A stretch of DNA of 52,506 bases from a virus. The translations under genes were made by a program, and so were the position numbers. This document shows, piece after piece, positions 33,840 to 43,651 of this stretch. The stretch lies in UHGV virus genome UHGV-0041832; one strand, written 5' to 3'. The notes beneath the pieces are model-generated. The model did not search any database. It was given only the letters and a program-made list of their open reading frames with translations, and had not been told where the DNA came from. How positions within the stretch are numbered: position 1 is the first letter of the stretch; each line of letters opens with the position of its first letter.

Positions 33840-35116
33840 AAACCGTGAGTAAAGAACTGATTCAGGTTAATACCAAATTAACCGCTAATACCATACGCCG
33901 GGAAACTTATAACGGACGCGAGCACATTGTTGTGCCATCATATACGCTGCCATTCAATATCGTTATGAATCGTGAATATTACCCGGAAGCTGAAATTATC
34001 GCTAATTACCAGTCACTGGAGGGGACACTCGCCCCGCTGGGTCATCCTACCGTTGACGGTAAATTTGTTTCCGCATTTAGCCCGGAAGGATTGAACACCG
34101 GGTTTTGTGGAGCGTGGAACAGAAACGTTGAATTACGCGGCAATCGTGTTTATGTGGAAAAATGGGTGGATATTGAAACAGCCAGCCATTCAGAACAGGG
34201 GCGTGAATTATTAACCCGACTGGAAGCACTGGAGAAAGGAGAAAGCAAAGATCCTATCTGGTCGTCCGTCGCTGTATATCGTCAGCGTATGCCAGCTACT
34301 GAAGAGATGAAAGCCCAGGGCGCTGACCATGTAGTAAAAATTATGTCGATCGACCATGACGCTATTTTGCTGCATGAGCCGCCAGCCGCATCACCTGAAC
34401 AGGGTGTAGGGTTGATGGTTAATACTGACCAGGCGAAACCGTTAATGGCGGTGGCAATGAAAGAAAACAGTTACCGTACGCTTGAGAAACAATTAACCGA
34501 CGCGGCGCGTGAATTATTTCCTGATGCCGATTACGTGTATGTGGTGGACTTCACTGATAAAGAAGTGACGATCGCCACTAATACAGAAAGTGCTCAAGTT
34601 TGCGCATATGAAAAACAGGCTGATAAAATTATTCTCAATAATGGCGAGCTTGCAACCAACGAGGAAAGTAAATCCTGGTTTACGCAGTTCGCTGAACACC
34701 TTTCTAATCTTTTCTCCCTGAATGAAAAAATTAAGGCCAATAAATCGGAGGACGATCCCATGCCTTTGACCAAAGAAGAACGCGCCGAACTGGTAAAAGA
34801 AATTAACGAAGGCTTATCCGCCAATATCGCTAATGCAGTAGCAGAGGCATTAAAACCAGTACAGGCAAGCGTTGAAGAATTACAGACCAATCAGAAAGCG
34901 ATTAAAGAAGAGATCGCAGCAAACGCAAATAAAGAAGAAGCAGAAAAACGCGCCGCAGTAGCAAAAGTACACGGCGAAATTGTTGCTAACGCATTAAGTG
35001 GTGAAGCGTTAGACGCAATGTTTAAATCCCTGGGTAAAGCAGCACCAATGGCAGCAAACTCAGCCGCTGGTGGAAATAAACCTGCCACCCCTGACATTAA
35101 CAACTATTTCGCATAA
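33830..35116 (+). CDS. Putative scaffolding protein (possibly with N-terminal prohead protease-like domain)
   Basis: 428 aa; globular N-terminal half then Ala/Glu/Lys-rich coiled-coil C-terminal half; between head-morphogenesis and capsid genes. Confidence 0.5.
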   Translation: MGVKTVSKELIQVNTKLTANTIRRETYNGREHIVVPSYTLPFNIVMNREYYPEAEIIANYQSLEGTLAPLGHPTVDGKFVSAFSPEGLNTGFCGAWNRNVELRGNRVYVEKWVDIETASHSEQGRELLTRLEALEKGESKDPIWSSVAVYRQRMPATEEMKAQGADHVVKIMSIDHDAILLHEPPAASPEQGVGLMVNTDQAKPLMAVAMKENSYRTLEKQLTDAARELFPDADYVYVVDFTDKEVTIATNTESAQVCAYEKQADKIILNNGELATNEESKSWFTQFAEHLSNLFSLNEKIKANKSEDDPMPLTKEERAELVKEINEGLSANIANAVAEALKPVQASVEELQTNQKAIKEEIAANANKEEAEKRAAVAKVHGEIVANALSGEALDAMFKSLGKAAPMAANSAAGGNKPATPDINNYFA

Positions 35117-35126
35117 GAGGTGAATT

Positions 35127-35528
35127 ATGGCCCGTTTTCGTCGTGTAAATATTGACGGCAAATCCGTTACTGAAACAGCAGTATCTGCCGCAGCACTTAA
35201 GCCGGGTACTCCGGTAAAAATGGCGTCTGGTAAATTCGCTGCCGCAACTGATACCACAGGACGTATTTATGTTGTTAACCCGGCATACCATGAAGGTTTA
35301 GGCATTGAAGATGCGATCCCGGTTGGTCATTCCGTGGTTGCTGACTACGCAGAAGAAGGACGTGAATTTGCGATTCTGCTTCCTGAAGGTGCTTACACCA
35401 AAGACGCTGCCATCACCATTGGTGAAGGTGGCTTTAAATTGGTTACATCTGATGAACCTGTTTTCGCTTTCTGCCAGGAAACTGTAACCCTTGAAGCGGC
35501 TGATTTTGTACGTGTCCGCGTTGCATAA
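35127..35528 (+). CDS. Head-associated protein (possible decoration/minor capsid protein)
   Basis: 133 aa with AGAGG SD, just upstream of the capsid gene. Confidence 0.4.
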   Translation: MARFRRVNIDGKSVTETAVSAAALKPGTPVKMASGKFAAATDTTGRIYVVNPAYHEGLGIEDAIPVGHSVVADYAEEGREFAILLPEGAYTKDAAITIGEGGFKLVTSDEPVFAFCQETVTLEAADFVRVRVA

Positions 35529-35547
35529 TAATAAGAGGTGAAAAACT

Positions 35548-36600
35548 ATGTTGTTTAATAAACACAACCTTGCTACCAACAGCCGCATTCGTGCCCAGTG
35601 GGATCACCTTTGGGCGCAGCGCAACATGTTCAATGATCAGGACGGCGCTCTTATTGCCGCAAATATGGCAAACATGACCGCTGACATCCTGGCATGTAAT
35701 GCCGTTGGCGGCTTCGATCAGGAGTTCTGGAAAGCTGTCGATAACCAGATTATCGAAATGAGCACCGAAGAGACTGGTATTGAAATCGTAAACGATTTGA
35801 TGGCTGTGCAAACCGTATTGCCAATCGGTAAAACCGAGAAAATGTACAGCGTATCCGGTGATATTAACGATGAAGTTGTCGTTAGTATCGATGGTCAAGC
35901 CCCGCATGGCTTCGATCACACTGAATATGGCAGCGATGGCGACCCGATCCCGATGTTCGCAGCGGGTTACGGTGTCAGCTGGCGTCATTCCGAAGGTCTG
36001 AAAACTGTTGGTATTGACCTTGCACTGGATAGCCAGCGCCTGAAACTGCAAAAATTCAACAAGGCCCGCGTTGATTATTACCTTAACGGTAACGCAAAAA
36101 TCAACGTCAACGGTAAACCTGGCCAGGGTATTAAAAATCACCGCAATACCCAGCAACTAGTCATGACCTCCGAAGATCTCACCACTGACGGATTCGATGC
36201 TCTCATCAAATTCTTCACCACTGGTGCATTCGGTGTTATGGCCCGCAACAACCGCGTTGACCAGTATGATCTCATGTGGGTGTCACCTGAAATTATGGCT
36301 AACCTGGCAGCGCCGCACATTGCAAACGGGACTGTCGTAGGCAGTGTTCTGAATATCGTTAAACCGTTCATTCCGGTTAAAGAAATCCGTCAGACCTATG
36401 CACTGAAAGGCAACGAGTTCATTGCCTATCAACGCCGCCGCAACGTCATTACCCCGCTGGTTGGTATGACTACTGGCGTAGTGCCTCTGCCGCGCACCAT
36501 GCCTACCGATAACTACAACTTCAAAATCATGTCTGCCGAAGGCTTACAAATCACCTGCGACATGCTGGGCCGTTCCGGTGTTGTTTACGGTCACAAATAA
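35548..36600 (+). CDS. Major capsid protein (likely)
   Basis: 350 aa, strong SD (AAGAGGTGA), position and size typical; followed by terminator-like hairpin. Confidence 0.65.
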   Translation: MLFNKHNLATNSRIRAQWDHLWAQRNMFNDQDGALIAANMANMTADILACNAVGGFDQEFWKAVDNQIIEMSTEETGIEIVNDLMAVQTVLPIGKTEKMYSVSGDINDEVVVSIDGQAPHGFDHTEYGSDGDPIPMFAAGYGVSWRHSEGLKTVGIDLALDSQRLKLQKFNKARVDYYLNGNAKINVNGKPGQGIKNHRNTQQLVMTSEDLTTDGFDALIKFFTTGAFGVMARNNRVDQYDLMWVSPEIMANLAAPHIANGTVVGSVLNIVKPFIPVKEIRQTYALKGNEFIAYQRRRNVITPLVGMTTGVVPLPRTMPTDNYNFKIMSAEGLQITCDMLGRSGVVYGHK

Positions 36601-36756
36601 TTTCGTATTTCCTGTAACTCCCCGGCGCGATGCCGGGGNNNNNNNNNNNNNNNNNNNNNNNNNNNNNNNNNNNNNNNNNNNNNNNNNNNNNNNNNNNNNN
36701 NNNNNNNNNNNNNNNNNNNNNNNNNNGGGGATTTTTTTGTATGTGGAGCAAACAAA

Positions 36757-37143
36757 ATGGTCACTACAGAACAGGCGCGGGAATATCTTGAAAGCCAGGG
36801 TATTGACCTGCCAGACATTATCTTATCTTTGCTGGTGGAGCAGGCAAATAGCGTTAATGAATGCCTTGATGCCAATTATCCGTCCTCCACTGCAACATTG
36901 ATTCAGCTTTATCTCATTGGCCTGTTAGGACTCAGCCAGGCTGATAAATACGTTTCCTCGCAGACTGGTCCGAACGGTGCAAGCCAGTCTTACCGCTATG
37001 TCGATTTTAATAAGCGATGGAAGGCGGCCTATTCGTTGCTTTACTCACTGGACAAACACCATTGTACAGCCGAACTAATTCCACCAGATCCAGAAAACAC
37101 CGCGCACGCCGGGCTGTGGATTGGTAAGAGCAGGAGGATGTGA
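36757..37143 (+). CDS. Head-tail connector / DNA-packaging (gp6-like) protein
   Basis: 128 aa, first gene after capsid in head-tail joining block. Confidence 0.45.
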   Translation: MVTTEQAREYLESQGIDLPDIILSLLVEQANSVNECLDANYPSSTATLIQLYLIGLLGLSQADKYVSSQTGPNGASQSYRYVDFNKRWKAAYSLLYSLDKHHCTAELIPPDPENTAHAGLWIGKSRRM

Positions 37144-37331
37144 CAATGTGGAACGACCTGACATTACCAAATCCAGTATTGCCGAAACCATTTACCCGCG
37201 TGTGGGTTAAAACGGATAGCGGACGCCAGGTGGCGGCCTACCTCAATGATGCTGGCTTATGGGTAATTCTTTGCCCGCGCGTGGCGAAAACTCATCCAAA
37301 GGTCATTAGCTGGAGTTACGGCTATGAGTAA
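37140..37331 (+). CDS. Hypothetical small structural-module protein
   Basis: 63 aa, coupled. Confidence 0.4.
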   Translation: MTMWNDLTLPNPVLPKPFTRVWVKTDSGRQVAAYLNDAGLWVILCPRVAKTHPKVISWSYGYE

Positions 37332-37692
37332 GATTGCGCGATTCAGTTACAAGGCATTAGCCACCATCTACCCCGTAACGCATGACGACTGGACAAACGC
37401 CGACGTATACGGCGCACCATACCTGATTAACTGCGCATGGGAGCGCACCGACGGCACTGCAACAGACACAAACGGTAATGAGGTTAGCAATACAATAACC
37501 GTATTTACCGAACTGCTTCATAATATGCAGCCAGTGCAGCGCCCGAAAAACGGCTGGATGATTGCCACTGGCGACACCACTAATATTTCCGACCCGCTGG
37601 TGGCTGGGGCCAACGTTATTACCGGGATCGTTGAATGGGATATGAGCATGTTTAACGACACGCCGGATTATAAGATCGTGACAGGGGGTTAA
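37324..37692 (+). CDS. Head-tail joining protein (head closure-like)
   Basis: 122 aa, gene order. Confidence 0.4.
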   Translation: MSKIARFSYKALATIYPVTHDDWTNADVYGAPYLINCAWERTDGTATDTNGNEVSNTITVFTELLHNMQPVQRPKNGWMIATGDTTNISDPLVAGANVITGIVEWDMSMFNDTPDYKIVTGG

Positions 37693-37694
37693 TC

Positions 37695-38159
37695 ATGCCT
37701 ATCAAGGGGGTTAAACGCGTCCGTGAGAGATTAAAGCAGGAACTAAAGGAAATCACCGATAAAAAGACGCACGAAGTTTTATGGCGCGTCGGTATGCTGG
37801 CTGGTGGCTTCGCGGCAAACATGACACCAGTTGATACGGGTTTTTTAATTAACAGCCAATTTCAATATATAGGTAACACGGCGGAGGGTATGCAGTTACG
37901 GCTGGGATATACAGCCCGTTACGCTGAATGGGTGCACAATATGCCAGGCACATTAAAAGGCCAGCCGCGTGAACATTTCGGGAAAACAAATAACCTTTCA
38001 GATTTCGGGCCGAAACAGGTAATTGAGTTCGGCGGCGGTACTGGCAAAGGTAAATATTGGGACCCAAACGCGGAGCCGGAATTCTTGCGCAAGGCATTCG
38101 AAGATCCAAACAACGCCGACGATATTTATAAAGAGATTGTAGAAGGTTACAAAACATGA
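37695..38159 (+). CDS. HK97 gp10-family tail-component protein
   Basis: 154 aa; PVDTGFLINS signature. Confidence 0.65.
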   Translation: MPIKGVKRVRERLKQELKEITDKKTHEVLWRVGMLAGGFAANMTPVDTGFLINSQFQYIGNTAEGMQLRLGYTARYAEWVHNMPGTLKGQPREHFGKTNNLSDFGPKQVIEFGGGTGKGKYWDPNAEPEFLRKAFEDPNNADDIYKEIVEGYKT

Positions 38160-38542
38160 AGCGCAGCGAAGTATACGACGAAATAAGGGATTGGATTCAA
38201 TCCCACGGATACGATGAGGGCTATATTTTGCAGGCCCGTTTCTGGAATGAGCGGAGCAATTCGAATAATGACAGATACATCGTAATCCAGCAAAACGGCG
38301 GCGCGGCTGGTGAAGAAGCAATAACCCGTGATTATTTCCGCATTCTGGTTATTTCAGCGCGTAATGATACAAATATCAGTGAAGTGGAAGACCTTGCCGA
38401 TGCCATCCGTCAAAGTATGTTAACAGAATATAAAACTGATAAAATTACACACATGAAGCCAGTTGGCGCTATCCCTGCAATGCAGACAAGAGAAGGGCGC
38501 TTTATTTTTACCGTAGCTTTTCAAACCATCATATCAAGATAA
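38156..38542 (+). CDS. Tail completion/terminator-like protein
   Basis: 128 aa, gene order upstream of major tail protein. Confidence 0.45.
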   Translation: MKRSEVYDEIRDWIQSHGYDEGYILQARFWNERSNSNNDRYIVIQQNGGAAGEEAITRDYFRILVISARNDTNISEVEDLADAIRQSMLTEYKTDKITHMKPVGAIPAMQTREGRFIFTVAFQTIISR

Positions 38543-38555
38543 GAGGTAAATTAAC

Positions 38556-39032
38556 ATGTCTCAGACTTGCGAAAAAGGCACGTTTACAGGCCGTGACGTT
38601 GCTGTATTCTTCGCTATCGCTTGTCCAAATGCGAAGCCGGAAACTGGAGCGTACAAAGCGTTAGGCATGATGCGTGGTAAAACACTTTCCGTTGAATGGG
38701 AAACCGCTGACGCCACCGCCGATAAATCAGCCGATTACACGAAAGAATCAATGGTTACTTACAAATCCGTTTCTTTCTCCGGCGACGGTGTGTCCCGCAC
38801 TGAAGAAATCCATAATCAGAAAGCGCTGAAACGCCACGTAATTACGCCAGGTGAAACCACCGGATCACAACCTTATGTATGGCTGAAGATCGTTTCTCCT
38901 GTAGACGTAACTGAAGGCCCATTCCTTTGCACTTCCTTTAAAGAAGAAGATCCACACGATAATGTTTCCACCTGGTCCATTGAGTGCGAAAGCGCTGGCA
39001 AGGTAACGGTAGGCGACGTTCCGCCAGCATAA
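38556..39032 (+). CDS. Major tail (tube) protein
   Basis: 158 aa, strong SD (AAGAGGTAA), position before chaperone and tape measure; followed by GGGGCCATTTGGCCCC hairpin. Confidence 0.6.
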   Translation: MSQTCEKGTFTGRDVAVFFAIACPNAKPETGAYKALGMMRGKTLSVEWETADATADKSADYTKESMVTYKSVSFSGDGVSRTEEIHNQKALKRHVITPGETTGSQPYVWLKIVSPVDVTEGPFLCTSFKEEDPHDNVSTWSIECESAGKVTVGDVPPA

Positions 39033-39078
39033 CAGCCAATATTAACAATCGGGGCCATTTGGCCCCTTTTCTTTTAAG

Positions 39079-39786
39079 GTGAATACTATGATCCATGTTC
39101 GTACAGGACAATTTGCGGCTGTGGTGAACGGTAAGCGCTATGAGTTTAATCCTTGCTTTGCTGCGATGGCTAAAATCGGCAACGATAGTGAGCTTGTCGA
39201 ATATTTCGCACTTATCCACGGCAGCAAATACCCATCACGATTGCCTACAGATCCAGACCTCCGCAATCGCATTATGGCGCGGTGTTATGGTGAGATAGTA
39301 CAAACGTCAATGCGCATCCTGAAATGTTGCTCAGACGACGAAATAGCCCCGTTATTGGGTGAATGTAGGTTAACTTCTTCCGGCAAGTTACGACTAAAAC
39401 CCGGACTGATGCCGACCAGTGACGTTATCACGCTGGCACAACATTGCATGTACCACGGTTTAATCGGTGACGGGCCAGAAGAAGACGCCGGAGAGAGCCG
39501 GGAAGGGGAATATAAGCCGACTTTTAACGTGCTGGAATTCGTTTATTCTGCCGTAGCTCACCTGGGGTTATCAGAATCAGAAGCATGGAATATGACAATG
39601 ACCGGATATAGGGCCGTTGTACGCGCTAAAACGCCGCCAGACGAAAGAAACGAGAGAAGCAAGCCAAACATTCACATAAATAAACGTGCTTATGACGAGC
39701 AAATGGAGGCCGCTAAAAAGGCACTAGAAAGAATGAAAAATCGTGAGCAAGAAAAGCCCGGTAGATCCGGGCGTTTTGCTAATTGA
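39079..39786 (+). CDS. Putative tail assembly chaperone
   Basis: 235 aa between tail tube and tape measure; basic/acidic C-terminus. Confidence 0.45.
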   Translation: MNTMIHVRTGQFAAVVNGKRYEFNPCFAAMAKIGNDSELVEYFALIHGSKYPSRLPTDPDLRNRIMARCYGEIVQTSMRILKCCSDDEIAPLLGECRLTSSGKLRLKPGLMPTSDVITLAQHCMYHGLIGDGPEEDAGESREGEYKPTFNVLEFVYSAVAHLGLSESEAWNMTMTGYRAVVRAKTPPDERNERSKPNIHINKRAYDEQMEAAKKALERMKNREQEKPGRSGRFAN

Positions 39787-40153
39787 AATCTTTAATTGCT
39801 GTACCTGGTGAACTGTGTGTGATTGTATTGTATACAGACTTTGCCTTACTGCGATCTTTCCATTCTTTTAGGATGCAGTTATCAAACTTTGCGATAACCC
39901 TTGAAGGGGATAATTCTTCAACATCCATGTAAGTAAATCCTATCGTGCTGGTTACTGAATACCATACGTGATAACTATAATTACCGTCATGCTCGATTCT
40001 TTGTGGTTCCCCCATTATTTTATTCACTTGCTCACAAGTCATTCCAACTTGCAAATTTTTATCAGCTAACTTAACGAAATCAGTTGATCTTGCGCACCCT
40101 GTAAGAGCTAAAGCCATAACACCAATGAGAACCGCTTTGATTATTTTTTTCAT
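39779..40153 (-). CDS. Lipoprotein with BamE/SmpA-OmlA-like motif (moron)
   Basis: MKKIIKAVLIGVMALALTGC lipobox; LQVGMTCEQVNKIMGEPQ resembles BamE-type fold; opposite strand within tail module. Confidence 0.6.
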   Translation of the reverse strand: MKKIIKAVLIGVMALALTGCARSTDFVKLADKNLQVGMTCEQVNKIMGEPQRIEHDGNYSYHVWYSVTSTIGFTYMDVEELSPSRVIAKFDNCILKEWKDRSKAKSVYNTITHSSPGTAIKDFN

Positions 40154-40163
40154 GATTTACCCC

Positions 40164-40823
40164 TTAATTCCAGTTGCAAGCGTTTTTCACTTTGTCGATG
40201 TGGTTATAAAGACCATCAATGTTAAACACTGCTTTCTCAATGTCGCCAGCTTCCGGCACTACTTCAATGATGAATTGTTTTTCGTTAACCAGTTTTTTAA
40301 TCATTGGGATGGCTTTTTTGCCGTCCCATAATCCAAGAGCTTTATAATTAGTTGACCGCCACCACTCAGTAGCTACAGCTTTGTGAACGCCGATCCGGTA
40401 GTTAATATAAGTAGTGTCCCCGGCGTCAGTTACATGGTGTGACCATGCTACGAACATTTTTGTTTTATTACCCTGGCAAGCGATTGTTAATACCGGTTTA
40501 TTCTTATCCTGTGCCTTCAGTGTCGGGAAAGCATCAAGACTTCCGCTGAATTGTTCTGCTTTCACAAAAAGGAATACGTTTTTTGCGTCCTGCATATCAT
40601 CTTTTCTTTCAACTACAAGCCACTGTTTACCAGCATTTTCTTTTTCTAACTGTGCATCGTATGCGGCTTGTTTTGCTTGTTGTTCTGCAAGCCATTTAGC
40701 ATTTTTCTCTGCTAATGCTTGTTGCTCTTGATTGGTCACTATAGGCGCTTTTTCATTATCCTCATTGCAACCAACCAGACCCAATACCGCCGCAATCATT
40801 GCCACTTTTGCTAACCGTTTCAT
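40164..40823 (-). CDS. Lipoprotein with N-terminal coiled coil (moron)
   Basis: MKRLAKVAMIAAVLGLVGC lipobox; 219 aa; opposite strand, upstream of the BamE-like lipoprotein gene. Confidence 0.6.
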   Translation of the reverse strand: MKRLAKVAMIAAVLGLVGCNEDNEKAPIVTNQEQQALAEKNAKWLAEQQAKQAAYDAQLEKENAGKQWLVVERKDDMQDAKNVFLFVKAEQFSGSLDAFPTLKAQDKNKPVLTIACQGNKTKMFVAWSHHVTDAGDTTYINYRIGVHKAVATEWWRSTNYKALGLWDGKKAIPMIKKLVNEKQFIIEVVPEAGDIEKAVFNIDGLYNHIDKVKNACNWN

Positions 40824-40870
40824 AACCCACCACGCTAACTTGATTTACTGACCATTCCCTTTAGCTTCCT

Positions 40871-40910
40871 TATACAAAATGGAGTCGTTGAAGTAAAGCC
40901 ATTTTGTATA
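40871..40910. repeat. Perfect 12-bp inverted repeat TATACAAAATGG-N16-CCATTTTGTATA (paired copy of dispersed motif)
   Basis: Read directly in the gap between lipoprotein moron and tape measure gene. Confidence 0.85.
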
Positions 40911-40950
40911 AAATAGATACACAGATCACATTTTTGCATGAGGTTAAATC

Positions 40951-43293
40951 ATGGCTACCAGTGTAGGTACAATTTATTACGAAGTTGATGCGAAAACTGG
41001 TCAACTTCTCGTTGCACAACGACAGGCAGACCAGGCCTTTGATCGTATAGAGCGCGGCGCAAAACAGGCTGACCGCCAGGTAAACACCCTGAAAACATCC
41101 ATCAAGGCACTGACCAGGGTTATCCATCTGCTAATTGCTGCGGAGGCTGTGCGCCAATTTATGGATATGGCGGAGCAAGCAAAAATGCTTCGCGTAAAAA
41201 TCAAAATGCTTACGGGCGATGCGGAGTCCGCCGGACGGGTTTTCGACGGCCTGAAAGCAATATCCAGGGAGACGGGGCAGAGCCTGAAAGATACTGGCGA
41301 ATTATGGCAAGGCCTGGCTATCTCACTAAAAAACACCTCCGCTACGGAAGGGCAATTGCTTAACCTGGTTGGCACTATTCAGAAAATGGGTGCATTAGGC
41401 GGCGCGTCAGCGGAACAGATGTCTAACTCAATGCGTCAATTCCGTCAGTCTATCGACGGCGGTGTTCTTCGTGCCGAAGAATTTAACAGCCTGCTTGAAA
41501 ATACGCCGACCATCGTACAAACAATGGCCCGCCATATGGGATTATCAATGGGCCAGTTCCGCGCCGAAATGCTGGACGGCAAGATCACGGCTGAAAGGAT
41601 GGTTAACGCAATACAGGCGGCTACGCAGGAAACAAACGATAAGTTTGCTCAGTTGCCGCGCACATCCGGCATGGCTATCAATGAGCTTAAAGTAGAAATT
41701 ATGGGCCTTGTTGAGCAGTTGGATGATCTTTTTGGCGTGTCAGATGGCGTTGTTTCAGCTATCGACTTGATCACGAAAGGCGTTAAAGGGCTTGGCGATG
41801 GCGCTAAATTCGCTAAAACCTGCTTCGACACACTCAAAACGGCTGGTAGCGAATTTATCGACATGTTTGATGATGTGGCTGTTAAGGCTGGAGAGGTGGC
41901 AGAGAAGATCATCGCAATGGTGACGCCAATCAAGGCGCTAATGGATGGCTATAAATGGATGAAGGAGGTAGTAGGAGAGCAAACCGACGAATATAACAGC
42001 AACTACGAGAAGAAATACGGGAAGACCGTTGGCAAGGTCATGCAACTACAGGATGATCTGACCGCAGCAATCCAGGCTACAGAAGAAGCAAGGAAAAATG
42101 AACAGAATGCTGCCAATGACGGAGCGATTACCGGATTCGACAAGCCAGTAGACAAGCCGAAAAAACAGAAAAAAGAGAAGAAATCGGAAGCTGATCGGCT
42201 TGGTGACAAAGGTATAAGCGTTTCTGATCAGTACAACAAAGACGCCGCCGCCATGCGCAAAGCGTTGGAGAACGGCAAGGCCATTGATGCTGCATTTGCC
42301 CAGGGTAAAATCACGCTCCTTGAGTACCGCGCCGCGCAAAAAGGGATCGGCAAGGAACTGAAAGAAGAATTAGCACAAATTCCGGTAGATGAATTGCGTG
42401 ATAAATGGTCACAAATAGTAAGCCCGATGGATCAGCTAAAAGGCGAAGTTGACCCCATCCAGCAGGCGCAAAATGAATGGGCCATCCGTAAGCAAATGCT
42501 TATAGACCTGGGCGCTACTGAAGCGCAACAGAAACAGGAATTGTTAGCCTATGAGCAACAGATCCGCGATCTGAAATGGGAACAATGGCAGGCGCAAAGC
42601 GACACAAACGGCCTTATCGGTGATTGTGTTAATGGCCTTAAAGGCGGAATGAGTAATGCGCTTGTTGGCCTGTTAAACGGCACTCAATCATTGAGTGATG
42701 TTTTTGCTAACTTAGGAAGCAATATACTCGGCAATATCGGTAACAGACTCTCAGACATAGCTGCAAACTGGATAGCAGATCAGATCATGATGGAGACACA
42801 AAGCAAGGCCACGCAAACAAGTACAACAGCAAGCGCGGTAGCAGCTCAGGGAAGCATTGCTGCGGCGGCGGCCCCAGCAGCGGCGGCAACTGCGGCGTCA
42901 ACTGGCGGTAGCTGGGCGGCGGCTGGTTCGGCGGCGCTCACTGCGATCATGTCGCTGGCTACGTCAATTTTCGGCGGCGGTCGCTTTAATGGTGGTAGCG
43001 TCATTGGTGGTAATATGTACCGCGTAGGGGAACACAACAGGCCGGAGCTATTCCAGACATCTAACGGCAATCAATATATGATCCCTGGCGAGAACGGCAG
43101 AGTTATTCCGGGCCGTGATATTGGCGGCGGTGGCGGTATTAGTATGCCTGTCAGTATCAGCATTCAGACCACGAACGGATTCAGCGACGAAGACAGCCGC
43201 AGACTTGAATTAACAATGGAACGTGTAGCCATGAAAATGATAACAAGGGAATCTCAAAGACCAGGCGGAATGTTGCAACCTCGCCGCAAATAA
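40951..43293 (+). CDS. Tail tape measure protein
   Basis: 780 aa, extended helical regions, Gly-rich C-terminal segment; upstream of M/L/K/I/J. Confidence 0.88.
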   Translation: MATSVGTIYYEVDAKTGQLLVAQRQADQAFDRIERGAKQADRQVNTLKTSIKALTRVIHLLIAAEAVRQFMDMAEQAKMLRVKIKMLTGDAESAGRVFDGLKAISRETGQSLKDTGELWQGLAISLKNTSATEGQLLNLVGTIQKMGALGGASAEQMSNSMRQFRQSIDGGVLRAEEFNSLLENTPTIVQTMARHMGLSMGQFRAEMLDGKITAERMVNAIQAATQETNDKFAQLPRTSGMAINELKVEIMGLVEQLDDLFGVSDGVVSAIDLITKGVKGLGDGAKFAKTCFDTLKTAGSEFIDMFDDVAVKAGEVAEKIIAMVTPIKALMDGYKWMKEVVGEQTDEYNSNYEKKYGKTVGKVMQLQDDLTAAIQATEEARKNEQNAANDGAITGFDKPVDKPKKQKKEKKSEADRLGDKGISVSDQYNKDAAAMRKALENGKAIDAAFAQGKITLLEYRAAQKGIGKELKEELAQIPVDELRDKWSQIVSPMDQLKGEVDPIQQAQNEWAIRKQMLIDLGATEAQQKQELLAYEQQIRDLKWEQWQAQSDTNGLIGDCVNGLKGGMSNALVGLLNGTQSLSDVFANLGSNILGNIGNRLSDIAANWIADQIMMETQSKATQTSTTASAVAAQGSIAAAAAPAAAATAASTGGSWAAAGSAALTAIMSLATSIFGGGRFNGGSVIGGNMYRVGEHNRPELFQTSNGNQYMIPGENGRVIPGRDIGGGGGISMPVSISIQTTNGFSDEDSRRLELTMERVAMKMITRESQRPGGMLQPRRK

Positions 43294-43299
43294 ACTAAA

Positions 43300-43327
43300 C
43301 CCCGGTGCAATGCCGGGGTTATTTTTC
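43300..43327. terminator. Bidirectional rho-independent terminator
   Basis: CCCCGGTGCAATGCCGGGG hairpin with T-tract on plus strand and A-rich tract upstream. Confidence 0.65.
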
Positions 43328-43379
43328 GTATTTATAAACGACCATTCCGCGCGATATATCCCCTTTCGAATATCTCGAC

Positions 43380-43634
43380 TCACTTATGAGTGCCTTTCAC
43401 GCCACATAACTTGTTATAGGCATGGTGCTCAACAATTAACCAAACCTTCAAATCTTCGCTAAACAGCCTCCAATCAAGATTGATATCCATTTTGTATCCG
43501 TAACCGTCGCGTAACTTTTTGGGGTAAACTTCTTTTCTCAGAAAGGCTTTAAGTAATTCCTTACCTTTCTTGATGATCCGGTCCTGTGCGTTTTTCTGTG
43601 CTTTCAGATTTCTGTCAATCGCTACCAGTTTCAT
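43380..43634 (-). CDS. Small basic protein, possible RelE/YoeB-like toxin (moron)
   Basis: 84 aa; segment QDRIIKKGKELLKAF loosely resembles YoeB DKRIVKKINELIKD; opposite strand between tape measure and tail M. Confidence 0.35.
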   Translation of the reverse strand: MKLVAIDRNLKAQKNAQDRIIKKGKELLKAFLRKEVYPKKLRDGYGYKMDINLDWRLFSEDLKVWLIVEHHAYNKLCGVKGTHK

Positions 43635-43651
43635 AACTCACCCCATCATCC

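Noticed and set aside
36618-36737. Terminator after the major capsid gene
   Set aside because: A CCCCGGCGCGATGCCGGGG hairpin precedes the N-run and GGGGATTTTTTT follows it; the element is interrupted by unresolved bases, so its true structure cannot be stated.
39079-39786. Search for a lambda G/GT-type programmed frameshift in the tail chaperone gene
   Set aside because: Only a single 235-aa ORF lies between the tail tube and tape measure genes before the opposite-strand lipoprotein cassette; I could not identify a slippery heptamer with a downstream extended frame by eye, so no frameshift is claimed.
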